Positions 12,283 to 25,149 of a DNA stretch of 64,000 nucleotides are shown here, in pieces. A model generated the notes under the pieces. The model searched no databases. It saw only the letters and a list, made by a program, of their open reading frames with translations, and was not told where the DNA came from. Origin of the DNA: Neoechinorhynchus agilis (Eukaryota; Animalia; Acanthocephala); assembly GCA_051530055.1 (NCBI GenBank), contig CM121341.1:2136638-2200637 (forward strand), in the 5' to 3' direction. The translations under genes were made by a program, and so were the position numbers. Within the stretch, counting starts at the first letter, position 1. Each line of letters begins with the position of its first letter.

Positions 12283-12600
12283 TTGTGCACTTCGAACAAA
12301 AAGACTGGTGGGATTCGTCCCATCGCCGTTGGCTCTGCTCTACGCCAGCGCTCGCAGGTAGGGCAGCAACTTCGCCCAGTCCAACTGGGATGCTGCACAC
12401 CCCGCGGGTCCGAAGCCATTGTCCACGCACTCCGCCACTTCATCACCAACAGTTCAACGCCGTGTGTGATTTTGAAGTGCAACTTTACAAATGCCTTCAA
12501 TTCCATTCACCGTACCGCTCTATTTGAGACACTCAAAAGTCACGCACCAGAAGCTTTTCCTTATTTTCTCAACGCAAATAGGACCTCGACTCCTTTGCGA
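12283..12600 (+). mobile_element. CRE-clade RT N-terminal fragment
   Basis: KKTGGIRPIAVG...QLGCCTPRGSEAIVHALR...LKCNFTNAFNSIHR. Confidence 0.75.
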
Positions 12601-12602
12601 AC

Positions 12603-12791
12603 TACTGGCTGCAACTATAAACAAAATTAACTAAAATCCCATGTTTCACAACTTTGAGCGCTATCACGTGTACTTCTAATATATATTTGTTGTTGTTGTT
12701 GTTGTAATACTGGCTGCAACTATAAACAAAATTAACTAAAATCCCATGTTGCACAACTTTGAGCGCTATCACGTGTACTTCTAATATATAT

Positions 12792-12828
<37 letters not shown>

Positions 12829-12937
12829 AATACTGGCTGCAACTATAAACAAAATTAACTTAAAATCCCATGTTTCACAACTTTGAGCGCTATCACGTGT
12901 GCTTCTAATATATATTTGTTGTTGTTGTTGTTGTTGT
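12603..12937 (+). repeat. Three tandem ~88-bp units, each ending in a (TTG)n tract
   Basis: Units start at ~12603, 12708 and 12831 (TACTGGCTGCAACTATAAAC...), each ending ...TAATATATAT(TTG)n with n about 6, 12 and 7. Confidence 0.95.
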
Positions 12938-12939
12938 GA

Positions 12940-15500
12940 TCTAAACGAATATTAAAAAACGTTAACTATGTCAAGGAATGTCACAACTGGCGACGAGGGT
13001 GGGATGCCCATGGTCGTACAATTGATGCAACAGCTGATGAAACTAAAGACGAGCTGATGAAACTATTATTGACCAAAATCGATGGCAAGGCGAAGACAGA
13101 TCGGGAGGAGGTGGAAAGAGAGCGACTACAAATATCGATTGTGCCATTCAGAAGATTTCTAGCAAACGAAGAATGCTGGTCTAATTATCATAGACAGCTT
13201 AGGGCATATTTCAATTCGGACGGTGTGGTCAAAGAGGTTCAGAAAAAATCATGCATGTTGTCATGGTTAGAGCGAATGACAATCGACATTATCTCGAAAA
13301 CAACAACAAAGGACATAGAAAATCTTTCATACGAGAAATCGTTTCGATATTAGATGCACATTACAGCGACAAGATTCACGAGATATCCGCACGTTTCCGA
13401 TTTGTAAATTGCAGGAAAAAAGAAGGTTCAACCTTATCATCAATGGCTCAACGAATTGGAAGGTGCCGCTAATGGATGCAACTTCTACAAAAAAGAAATT
13501 ACGTCCGATGCCCAGGCTATAAATGAACGGATCAGGGATATGATCGCGATGTATACACCGGACGATTTCGTACGAAGAGCGGCTTTACAAGATGGACAAA
13601 TCGATTTGGAGAAATTACGCAGCACCGCGTATAATTTCGAAGAGATGAAAACGGCACCAACCTTACACACCGATGATGGTGGTGATAATGATAGTGGATC
13701 GATTTGTTGGATTAATAAAAATGGGTGAAAGGGAAGGAATAACGAAAGATCAAAATATACGAAATCAAAATGTAGCAGGTGCAGATGAGAAGTGCATTCG
13801 AATGAATTAGACTACAAAGCTCGAAATGGAAAATGCTATGCCTGTGGCTGCATAGGTCACTATTCGAGATGCTGCAGGAGTCGTAAGCATATACAAGTAT
13901 GTTCGAATAGCCAAACTTCGTCCGATATTGACGAAATATTCAAGACATCTGGGAACACGAGACTGATGATGGAAGTTAAGTTGGAAGGTTATCCTGTTAG
14001 GATGCTATTCGATACAGGTGCTGGTATCTCAGTTATTACTTCGGAAGTTTGGAAAATGATAGGATCGCCACGGTTAAGAACAACAAAACCACCTCGAGCG
14101 TTTGGAGGCAATTTAGTCGAAGTTATGGGCGAATGTGAGGTGCAAGTGAGATATCAACAAAAGATCAGACATCTTCGAGCGGTTGTGCCCAGAGATGCGG
14201 AAAAGTCGCTTTTTGGATTGCCATGGGCGTTATCTCAGAAAAGCCTTTTTGCGAAAACTTCATAGCAGACATCCCGGTGAAACTGCAAGCAAAGCCATCG
14301 CCCGTTACCATTGTTGGTGGCCCAGAATCGAAGAGGATATAAAGGAGTTTATCTCTAACTGTGGTCAATGTCAGTCACATCTACCAAGAGAACCAGAACA
14401 ACCATTGTTCCCTCGAGAACACTCACGAGTACCTTGGAGCCGAATTCATATAGATCTAACGGGTCCAATGCAGAACAGAATGTTTCTAGTGATCGTGGAC
14501 GCTGGTACCAAGTGGCCCGAGGTTTTCGTCAAAGAAAGGTTCAACACGAATGACGTAATCAAATGCTTGAGAGAAACGTTTAGTCAATGGGGCGTCCCAT
14601 ATCGCTTAGTGTCTGACAACGATCCACAATTCGTGTCGGAACAATTCGAAGAATTCTGCACAGGAAATAGAATTGTTCACTGCAGGAGTGCGCCCTATCA
14701 CCCTAAAACGAACGGTCAAGCAGAACGATTTATAGGCACTCTCAAGGCAAGAGCGCTGCGAGCAGGGTCAGCAGAGGAGATACCTCCTAGAATACAGGAT
14801 TTTTTGTTGGCATATCGCAATAGTCCTCATACTTTGACCAGGCGTAGTCCAGCTGAAATGATGCTTGGACGACGCCTTCAAACGTGTTTAGACAACCTGA
14901 AACCAAGTTTAGAGCGGATGGCGGAATCTAGGCGAGAGCAACAGTGCGAACAGCATGATAAGTGATCGAAAAAGAGGTATTTCTATATGGGCGATGCGGT
15001 GTGGTACCGCGATATGCGAAAACAAATCTGGATACCGTCAACGATCGAAAACAAAATGGCCCACTATCATACCAGATCACGACGGAAGAGGGATCACGTA
15101 GAGTTCACGGAGACCACTTGAGGAGCAGAGCGAACAATGGAGAAAAGGACTCAGATCGAGTCAATGAAGAGGATTGTGATGGAGCGGTGGTCGATGTCCA
15201 AATCCCCAAGGAACATCCCGCTGCTACAATCGAAGGTGGTCAGCAAGTCCTAGGAAACAAAGACCATGTGCCGATGACGCTGAGAAGAAGTACTCGACAA
15301 CTCCGAAAACCGATTTTACCTTTCGAAAAGTACTTATAAGGGTTCAACAATTATAAGGGGGAGAAGTTGTGGTAATCGATATTAACATCAGCACAATAAG
15401 TGCGTTATGTGGTCGTTGGTCAGGTTATAAAAGATAAGGCGTATGTCTGACCAGCGGGATATCAAAGTCACAGCGGACTTAGAGGATATAAAACATCCTA
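12940..15500 (+). mobile_element. Ty3/Gypsy LTR retrotransposon lacking RT and RNase H
   Basis: PBS-like TGGCGACGAG at ~12989; gag with knuckle (CYACGCIGHYSRCC); protease MLFDTGAG; integrase H2C2 (HSRHPG...CGQC) and core (RIHIDL, SDNDPQF, NGQAERF); PPT-like AAGGGGGAGAAG followed by TGTGG at ~15368. No RT/RH between 14230 and 14270. Confidence 0.9.
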
Positions 15501-15880
15501 TAAGTGTTTTGGCTTCCTTCGAAATGTTTCTTAGCAGTAAAATATCTTTTATCCGCGATTGAGAGTATCTTCTTAATTTTTTAATGAATCGTTTGTTAGA
15601 TTGTTTCGATTTTATAAATGCTGTTTGCATAAATTCAGATATTTCTTGTTCAATCCCCGCCCTAAAGGAAATTTTCCATACAGATGGTCTACGCCCACAA
15701 CATCAAAAAGACATGATGTCTTTAACGAGTTGATCCGCTGCGATTTCGATAGGAAACGCTTTACACAAGGTCGGTTATTGAGGGAAGACCTTGGTACGAT
15801 TCTAAAACAGCTCTTCTTCCCTGCATCCCTGTGCGGTATTTCAAAAAAGGAGAATTCGTCCGATTACGATAAGCTGTACC

Positions 15881-16480
15881 TTGCGAAGATTATCCGCAAA
15901 AATCATATGCAAAAGGATCACACAGAAAGTTGGCCTGGTACTTCGCCCCATACAACTCGGTTGTTGTACATCATGTGGATCAGAAGCGATCGTGCATGCC
16001 CTGAGGAATGTCACTGAGTTATCTCCCCACCAAAAAGCTGTGCACAAATTGACTTCAGAAACATTCTTTTAAACAGAATCTCAGATCACCTTCCGGAAGC
16101 TCTTCCATATTTCAACAAAGGTTCGGATTGAATATTTGCATCATCCCGCACCAATGTCGTTGTGGCTCACATGTAGACGAAGCTGGCACGCATCGGCTCT
16201 GTTGCAGGCGCTCGGCAGGGAGGTTCCCGATACACTCGGCACTCAGGAATCTAGGACGCCTCGATTAAAAACGATCGCGCGGAGTGACCGTCTTCCCCGG
16301 GAGCCGCAGCAGCTGTCTTATGTGTTATTGGCCAGGAGCAACTTCGAGGTTGCGAAGAAAGGCGGCGGCAAAGTCGCCACTGCTGCGGAGCGAAGGAAAA
16401 TTGCCAAATACAGCAACTTCGCTACATATCTTATCTTCGCTCCGTTAGGCTTCAAAACCTACGGGTCGCTGTGCTGACCA
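15881..16480 (+). mobile_element. Internally deleted CRE-clade relic
   Basis: LRPIQLGCCTSCGSEAIVHALR joined to the REL region (CRCGSHVDEAGTH...RRSAGRF; AATAAERRKIAKYS...IFAPLGFKTYG). Confidence 0.75.
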
Positions 16481-16659
16481 AGGAAATAGGTCTGCGATTA
16501 GCAATAATAACAAAGGATAATCGCGAACCAATATTTTTGTGCCAAAACATTAGTCTCACCGTGCAGCGGTCTGAAGAATGCCAGCGAGCAGGCCGAAAAT
16601 TCAAGTTAATAAATAAATTACAATTTTTCTTCGCCAAGCATTAGGAGACTATTGGAGCA

Positions 16660-17370
16660 CCGAGACTAATGTCAACAAAACCACTTACAGTTTATGGGGG
16701 TAAGAAGCTTAAAACATTTGGCAGGTGCAAAGTGAAAGTGATATTGTAAGGCGAAACAAGGATACTAGAAGCCGTAATAGTCGAACAGGGGAGGTTCAGT
16801 TTGTCTAATCGACCGTGGATGCATGCTTTCCGAATGCCATGGCCTGCTACCGTGAGTTATAAAACTGATAATGCAGCAGCCGAAAGGGATTTGAAGGGGC
16901 GCATAGATGCAAATTCGGTAATGCGAGTTGGGAGCAAGCAGCATAGAGCATTTCAACCAGCTACTTCTCCAGTGCTAAACACAGAAATTTCCTTACTATT
17001 AAAACCTGGGACCGTGCGCAAGTGTTGGAATAGCCGCCGAATCCCTCTAGCCATGCGAACGGAAGTCGAACAGGAAATCCATCGACATCTGTATGCCAAA
17101 GTTCTAAGCATCGTTACAATCGACTGGGCGGCGCCAATCGTGATAACACGAAAATCCAATGGAAATTTGCGAATTTGTGGTGACTTCAGAGTTACAATAA
17201 ACATTCACCTGTGCGTCGATAGTTATATTTTACCGACCCGGGATGAGATAATATGTAAGATTTGGGGCAAGAGACAGTATTCGAGGCTTGATTTAAAGGA
17301 TGTCTACCCTTATTTTATGGTTTCAATCAGTAATGACATAACACATTCCTGTTGGGCATTATTTCACTGA
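16660..17370 (+). mobile_element. Gypsy protease-RT fragment
   Basis: WAAPIVITRKSNGNLRICGDFRVTIN...LPTRDEI...YSRLDLKDVY. Confidence 0.85.
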
Positions 17371-17731
17371 CTGAATTTTTTTAGTTAATACACGCCGGAC
17401 TTCCTGATTATATGGTTCATTGTTTATCCCAATTAATTCGAATGCTTTGTGATTTACGATAATGTGGACTACGTCCGCAAAAATCTTTTAACACATATTC
17501 TCTATGATACAATTAAATGAGAAATGGGTAACATGTACCAACATAAACAAACAAAATGGCTTGTCAATAGAAACAAAAGTAACATAAACAAAGAAAACCG
17601 CGTATATCACTCCTTCTATGAATGTGACAACAACAATAAACATATGAAGCGCAGTTTGTGACATACAGAGATACGGCAAAACTCAACGAAAGTCGACATA
17701 GAATGTATTGAAAACGATTAATATTAAACCG

Positions 17732-20700
17732 ATGAAGATCATTAGAATAACAACAGTTGCACTAATCGCTACCTTGATTCATTTGGTTGCGGAATTACCA
17801 TTGCATGGCGATATCAAGAATACACGCATTTCAAAGCGTTTTCCAGTAAAATTAAAGCCATGCTACACTGGAAAACTGGATGGACAAAATACTGGCGATT
17901 GCTGCAATCAACATCTATTAAAATATATTCCACCAATTAGCAGCAAAACATCAACAGCGAGACCAACGACAACTGAGGAGACAACAACCACAGAAGACGG
18001 CGGCGGTGGGGAAACAACTACGGAAGAGACAACAACCACAGAAGACGGCGGCGGTGAAACAACAAATGAGGAGACAACAACAGAAGACGGCGGCGGTGGT
18101 GAAACAACTACAGAGGAGACAACAACCACAGAAGACGGCGGCGGTGGTGAAACAACTACGGAAGAGACAACAACCACAGAAGACGGCGGCGGTGAAACAA
18201 CAAATGAGGAGACAACAACAGAAGACGGCGGAGGTGGTGAATCAACTACAGAGGAGACAACAACCACAGAAGACGGCGGCGGTGGTGAAACAACTACAGA
18301 GGAGACAACTACCACAGAAGATGGGGGAGGTGGTGAAACAACTACAGAGGAGACAACAACCACAGAAGACGGCGGAGGTGGTGAAACAACTACTGAGGAG
18401 ACAACAACCACAGAAGACGGCGGCGGTGGTGAAACAACTACAGAGGAGACAACAACCACAGAAGACGGCGGAGGTGGTGAAACAACTACGGATGAGACAA
18501 CAACCACAGAAGACGGCGGCGGTGGTGAAACAACTACGGAAGGAGACAACTACCACAGAAGACGGCGGAGGTGGTGAAACAACTACAGAGGAGACAACAA
18601 CCACAGAAGACGGCGGCGGTGGGGAAACAACTACGGAAGAGACAACAACCACAGAAGACGGCGGCGGTGGTGAAACAACTACGGAGGAGACAACAACCAC
18701 AGAAGACGGCGGAGGTGGTGAAACAACTACAGAGGAGACAACAACCACAGAAGACGGCGGCGGTGGTGAAACAACTACAGAGGAGACAACTACCACAGAA
18801 GATGGGGGAGGTGGTGAAACAACTACAGAGGAGACAACAACCACAGAAGACGGCGGCGGTGGTGAAACAACTACAGAGGAGACAACAACCACAGAAGACG
18901 GCGGCGGTGGTGAAACAACTACAGAGGAGACAACAACAGAAGACGGCGGCGGTGGTGAAACAACTACGGAGGAGACAACAACCACAGAAGACGGCGGCGG
19001 TGGTGAAACAACTACAGAGGAGACAACAACAGAAGACGGCGGCGGTGGTGAAACAACTACGGATGAGACAACAACCACAGAAGACGGCGGCGGTGGTGAA
19101 ACAACTACAGAGGAGACAACAACCACAGAAGACGGCGGCGGTGGTGAAACAACTACAGAGGAGACAACAACCACAGAAGACGGCGGCGGTGGTGACAACT
19201 ACAGAGGAGACAACAACAGAAGACGGCGGCGGTGGTGAAACAACTACAGAGGAGACAACAACCACAGAAGACGGCGGCGGTGGTGAAACAACTACAGAGG
19301 AGACAACAACCACAGAAGACGGCGGCGGTGGTGAAACAACTACAGAGGAGACAACTACTACAGAAGATGGGGGAGGTGGTGAAACAACTACGGATGAGAC
19401 AACAACTACAGAAGACGGCGGCGGTGGTGAAACAACTACGGAGGAGACAACGACCACAGAAGACGGCGGCGGTGGTGAAACAACTACAGAGGAGACAACA
19501 ACCACAGAAGACGGCGGAGGTGGTGAAACAACTACAGAGGAGACAACAACCACAGAAGACGGCGGCGGTGGTGAAACAACTACGGATGAGACAACTACCA
19601 CAGAAGATGGGGGAGGTGGTGAAACAACAACGGAGGAGACAACAACCACAGAAGACGGCGGCGGTGGGGAAACAACTACGGAAGAGACAACAACCACAGA
19701 AGACGGCGGCGGTGGTGAAACAACTACGGAGGAGACAACAACCACAGAAGACGGCGGAGGTGGTGAAACAACTACAGAGGAGACAACAACCACAGAAGAC
19801 GGCGGCGGTGGTGATACAACTACGGATGAGACAACAACTACAGAAGATGGGGGAGGCGGTGAAACAACTACGGAGGAGACAACGACCACAGAAGACGGCG
19901 GAGGTGGTGAAACAACTACGGAGGAAACTACAACAGAAGACGGCGGAGGTGGTGAAACAACTACAGAGGAGACAACAACCACAGAAGACGGCGGAGGTGG
20001 TGAAACAACTACAGAGGAGACAACAACCACAGAAGACGACGGTGGTGAAACAACTACAGAGGAGACAACAACTACAGAAGATGGGGGAGGTGGTGAAACA
20101 ACTTCGGAGGAGACAACGACCACAGAAGACGGCGGAGGTGGTGAAACAACTACGGAGGAGACTACAACAGAAGACGGCGGAGGTGGTGAAACAACTACAG
20201 AGGAGACAACAACTACAGAAGATGGGGGAGGTGGTGAAACAACTACGGAGGAGACAACGACCACAGAAGACGGCGGAGGTGGTGAAACAACTACGGAGGA
20301 GACTACAACAGAAGACGGCGGAGGTGGTGAAACAACTACAGAGGAGACAACAACAACGGTAGACGGCGGAGGTGGTGAAACAACTACAGAGGAGACAACA
20401 ACTACAGAAGATGGGGGAGGTGGTGAAACAACTACGGAGGAGACAACGACCACAGAAGACGGCGGAGGTGGTGAAACAACTACGGAGGAGACTACAACAG
20501 AAGACGGCGGAGGTGGTGAAACAACTACAGAGGAGACAACAACAGTAGACGGCGGAGGTGGTGAAACAACTACAGAGGAGACAACTACCACAGAAGATGG
20601 GGGAGGTGGTGAAACAACTACGGAGGAGACAACAACCACAGAAGATGGGGGAGGCGGTGAGACAACTACGGAGGAGACAACAACTACAGAAGACGACGGT

Positions 20701-21036
20701 GGTGGTGATACAACTACGGAGGAGACAACAACCACAGAAGACGGCGGAGGTGGTGAAACAACTACAGAGGAGACAACAACCACAGAAGACGGCGGCGGTG
20801 GTGAAACAACTACAGAGGAGACAACAACCACAGAAGACGGCGGCGGTGGCGATACTACCATTTACAAGACAACGACTACAGAAGGCGGTTGTGATGGGGG
20901 CGATGATGACGACGATGAATGCGATGATGATGACGATGAATGCGATGATGATGACGGCGATGGATGTGAATATGATGACACTACAGAAGATGGCGGCGAT
21001 GGCGGTACAACTACGGAGAAAACAACAACCACAGAC

Positions 21037-21072
<36 letters not shown>

Positions 21073-22057
21073 CGGCGATGGCGGAACAACTACGGAGAAG
21101 ACAACAACCGCGGACATTGGCGGCGGTGGCGATACAACCATTTACAAGACAACGACTACAGAGGGCAGTTGTGATGGGGGCGATGATGACGATGAATGTG
21201 ATGATGATGACGACGTTTGCGATGATGATGACGACGATGGATGTGAATATGATGACACTACAGAAGATGGCGGAGGTGGTGAAACAACTACAGAGGAGAC
21301 AACAACCACAGACAACGGCAGCGATGGCGGAACAACTACGGAGGAGAGAACAACCACAGAGGACGGTGGCGGTAGTGAAACATCTACCGAAGAGACTACT
21401 ACAACTGAAGGCGGCGGCGGTGGTGAAACAACTACGGAAGGGACAACAACTTCAGAAGACGGCGGCGGGGGTGAAACAACTACGGAGGAGTCAACAACAA
21501 CAGAAGACGGCGGAGGTGGTGAAACAACTACTGAAGAGACAACAACCACAGAAGACGGCGGAGGTGGTGAAACAACTACAGAGGAGACAACTACCACAGA
21601 AGATGGGGGAGGCGGTGAAACAACTACGGATGAGACAACAACTACAGAAGACGGCGGCGGTGGTGAAACAACTACGGATGAGACAACTACAGAAGATGGG
21701 GGAGGCGGTGAAACAACAACGGAGGAGACAACAACCACAGAAGACTGCGGAGGTGGTGAAACAACTACAGAGGAGACAACAACCACAGAAGACGGCGGCG
21801 GTGGCGATACTACCATTTACAAGACAACGACTACAGAGGGCAGTTGTGATGGGGGCGATGATGACGATGAATGTGATGATGATGACGATGAATGCGATGA
21901 TGACGACGATGGTTGTGATGATGACGGCGCTGAAGGTTTTAGCAATGTTCGCAAGGAATATGGTCACCGTATCATTCACAATAGTAGCATAAATGATGAA
22001 CAGCACGTTTCTAGAGATGCTCAATTGAGAGTTGCTCCGGTTGTTTTGGAGTTTTAG
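17732..22057 (+). CDS. Secreted Thr/Glu/Gly-rich polyanionic mucin-like protein (three frameshifts as assembled)
   Basis: Signal-peptide-like MKIIRITTVALIATLIHLVAE; Cys-containing N-terminal segment; roughly 70 copies of ETTTEETTTTEDGGGG (48 bp, 45-bp variants); three Cys/Asp modules; stop at 22057. Frame breaks at ~18540, ~19192 and at the C32 run 21039-21070. Confidence 0.8.
17965..21815 (+). repeat. 48-bp coding minisatellite
   Basis: Unit GAAACAACTACAGAGGAGACAACAACCACAGAAGACGGCGGCGGTGGT; variation is mostly at third codon positions of the TTTEE frame. Confidence 0.98.
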
Positions 22058-22189
22058 ACCTTTCTTCGCTACTAGTTAGATTAGTTTTAAGGATAGATAT
22101 TAAACAGAAACTATTTTACTATGCTCCTTTAATGACCAAGAAATAGTACCTAATAAAATCGACTTTAAAGTGCTTTGAATTTTCACAGA

Positions 22190-23345
22190 GGTGCGCTTTT
22201 AATTTTTATTCGATCGCCAAAATAGACCTAAACGATTTAATTTATCTGTCTTAGATCGATAAATTTGTTTTTTTTGAATCGTTTCTTGTTTTTTTGATCA
22301 CTTTTTCGCTGATTGAAATATTTGAGTTTACTCTTAAAGAGGATACCGGATCTACCAAGAAATCCATTTCCTTTCGTCGACTTTCAATCTCCTGATCGTT
22401 TCAATTAACGACTTTCACGAGTTCAGTAAGTCTTTCTTTAAGCTCTTTTTCTTCGAACATTTCCATGGCAATCTTCTGATGTCACCGAGAGTTTTTAGTA
22501 AAGGCTGAATTGTGAGCGTGAGTAAATATTCGTGATCGACTGCGAGACATTTTTCGCTTATTTTTTCTAGAAGTGCTTTTCGATATTTGAATTTTTAGGC
22601 TTGGAGAATTTTAATCTGATTTTGTTGATTTAGATTTTTCAACATTTTTTTTCCTTATTCGGATTGTTGAAAAAGTCACGAACTTGATTTCGGAGCTTAA
22701 TCAAACGGTTTGTCGTTGGACCGCGATTATTGTTCCGTTTTGATCGCTTTGTAGATTTTCTACTTTTCTTATTGTCGATTGGTTTTTCACGCTTTGGAGT
22801 AATTGAGTTTTGTTTGTATCATAAAAAACCAACTTGCAAAAGATTTTTAATGATCATAGGAGAAAAAATACTGGAAAGTAGGTGAATCTGCGCTTTTTTA
22901 GAGATTGACCAATAAGAATACAGATATATTAATTAGTCGTACAAAAACCGTATTGTAGAAAAGTATTTGAGATTCACAACGCTTGTATAAAGGTATAAAA
23001 ATAACACGTTTATTTGTTTGTTAATTAACAAGAGTTGGACCATGTACCTTTGGGTCTTCATAAACACTCGAGTTCCCAGTTTTATGCAAGAAATCGTCGA
23101 CGCCGTCCTCCACCTCTCTCTCGTCGACTGTCATCCTCCGGATCAATCATTTACATTCCGATCCTTCATCCACATTCCGATCCATCATCTAATAAAAATC
23201 CCGGATCCGCCATCCACATTCCGGATCCATAATCCGTTCCAGATTCCGGATTCGTCATCCACTCCATGTTCACAGGGACTCAGAAGTACACGGTTCCCCT
23301 TCTTTATCAAAATAAAATGTGTTATTATTAAATGCGGTCCGGTCA
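22190..23345 (-). repeat. Duplicated block containing 'gene C' (basic N-terminus plus coiled coil) and an upstream GGATCC-rich 'gene D' 3' end, copy 1
   Basis: Direct matches to 27165-28045 and 31850-32735. Gene C reads ...KREKPIDNKKS...SRSRSR...EMFEEKELKEKLTELVKVVN...EIESRRKEMDFLVD. Confidence 0.8.
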
Positions 23346-24101
23346 GGTGGGAATATCCTGTCGATGATGTCCGTTCTAGTGGGCGGATATTGTTTACAGG
23401 AGAGTTTCTGAGGTTGAATGTTTCCTCAGGTTCATTTCAATTTATGATATCCGAGAAGATTAGGCAGTATAGAAAAAGGGACAGAGGGAGTTGCGAGGTC
23501 GAGGGAGAATGAAAGCAATTAGGATTGCGATTTTCTTGTGAAATTGGGAATAAAATGTGGTAAAATTTGTGACGGTAGGGTTGAGAGGCATTTTGATTGT
23601 CGGATGAAAATTTTATAACGGTATTTGGCCAATGGTTACAGTAGAACGGCAATTATCTTAACTATAAATCATCGTACAAAGTTTGAGGCAAAGCGTGCCA
23701 AAGATTTTTGCGTTGCAAAATCACTAATAAATAGTCGAATTTGCGTTGATTGCATGCTATGGAATAACCGAGAGTAAGGGAATTAAAATAACCGTCTTAT
23801 CAGCTGACATAAGCGAAAAGATTTGAAACTCGAAATTTTTTGAATATTTCTAGTAGGCTATTTACTTTCGCACGAATACCATTGTTGTCTGGTTAATCAT
23901 TTTTGCTTGGGCATCCGATAGTATAAAATGCGCTGGCGAAACGAAGCCTAGAAATCTCATTGGAAACTTCATATCGACTAAAATACTTTTGAAAATCATT
24001 TTTTCAATTTTAAAGTTACACACGCATTTTTGACCATGATAAAATGTTTGCTTAGGACGTTTTCCCCGCGAAGACTTTCATCGAAGCATTAATATTCCTA
24101 A

Positions 24102-24243
24102 AGTTTCAGTTTCAATTAGCGATGGTTTATTCAGAAAAATAGATTTATCTTGAAAATTTTCAGCCTTTTCATTGGCCTTCTTCAGTCAATTGTTTCGCAA
24201 GTCTATTTTTCTGAATAAACCATCGCTAGTTAAAACTGAAACT
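24102..24243. repeat. Foldback element with minimal hammerhead on the minus strand (family HH-B)
   Basis: ~40-bp inverted arms (TTTCAGTTTCAATTAGCGATGG... / ...CCATCGCTAGTTAAAACTGAAA). Minus strand: TTGA-CTGAAGA-A-GGCC-AATGAAAA-GGCT-GAA-AA-TT-T-TCAA. Related copies at 32735-33045, 57425-57680 and 63445-63700. Confidence 0.7.
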
Positions 24244-24739
24244 ATAATGAATAATATCTTTACAATGCTTATGAAGTTTATATTTTTGAAGGAAAGAACA
24301 ACGAACATCAAAATCTTATAAAATTTTAATTATTTATGAAGTATAAAAATCACGAATTATTTGAATTAGCGCGCTAGCAAGCACGGCGACATTTTATATT
24401 GAAAATCCTTCTTTTAAGTTTTTTTGTAAAAATTCGCACTGAGTTTATTTACGTATTCTTATTTCTCGATCACTTGATTCGTCGCCGTACATTCATTCTC
24501 AGAAAATCTAACCTTTCCGTTATTTTGGTCTTATCGAAATACTTAATAAATGTTTTAAAACTGAATAATTCATGATTTTATTATGGCGGAAAATTGAAAT
24601 TAACGATTTGGCATTTTTTTCGTCTCCCATATTAATTCGTGCTTTTGAACGTAAATTTCTATGCTCCGAATGGTTTTCTTGAAGTTTAAAACTTTTAATT
24701 AGTTAGATTTCAATGAAGATGATGATAAAATCGAACATC

Positions 24740-25090
24740 ATTTCTCTCATTTTAGACGTCGAGTTAAATTCTCAATAATAACTTTTTGCCCTCTTCTATT
24801 GTTAAAGTGAACCCCCTAATTTTTTGTTTAAATTAACACTAATTTTCATTGAATGCGCACATATCAATCCAAGCGTTTTTCCTTACCGTTGTAAAAAAAG
24901 TCGCTGTTCCACCACCGCCGCCACATATTAATCTTTCCACCAGCACACTGTCAACGCTGTGACTAATCGTGCTCTTTAGTCAGCACGTTCTTGTGTGCTT
25001 AACTCACATCTTAAAGAACACAACTAACGCATCCTGCCTTATAGGCTATCCTGACCTCAATTTCGCAAAACCCTGTCCTCTACACCTCTA
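24740..25090 (+). mobile_element. Possible Penelope-like RT C-terminal relic
   Basis: LDVEL...NRAL......IGYP spacing resembles the PLE FLDV...RA...NGYP region. Very decayed. Confidence 0.35.
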
Positions 25091-25149
25091 CGATTTATTA
25101 CATTGCCTGATATTTTAAAAGAAATCGGAAGTGGTCCGATAAGGCATTG

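Noticed and set aside
12603-12937. CRISPR-like array
   Set aside because: Eukaryotic context, no unique spacers, no cas genes; the same applies to the 107-bp array at 50.8-51.2 kb.
17908-21992. Long alternative-frame and antisense ORFs over the mucin array (VVVSPPPP, QRRQQPQK, CCLLCSCF)
   Set aside because: Shadow frames of a stop-poor 48-bp repeat; third-position variation supports only the TTTEE frame.
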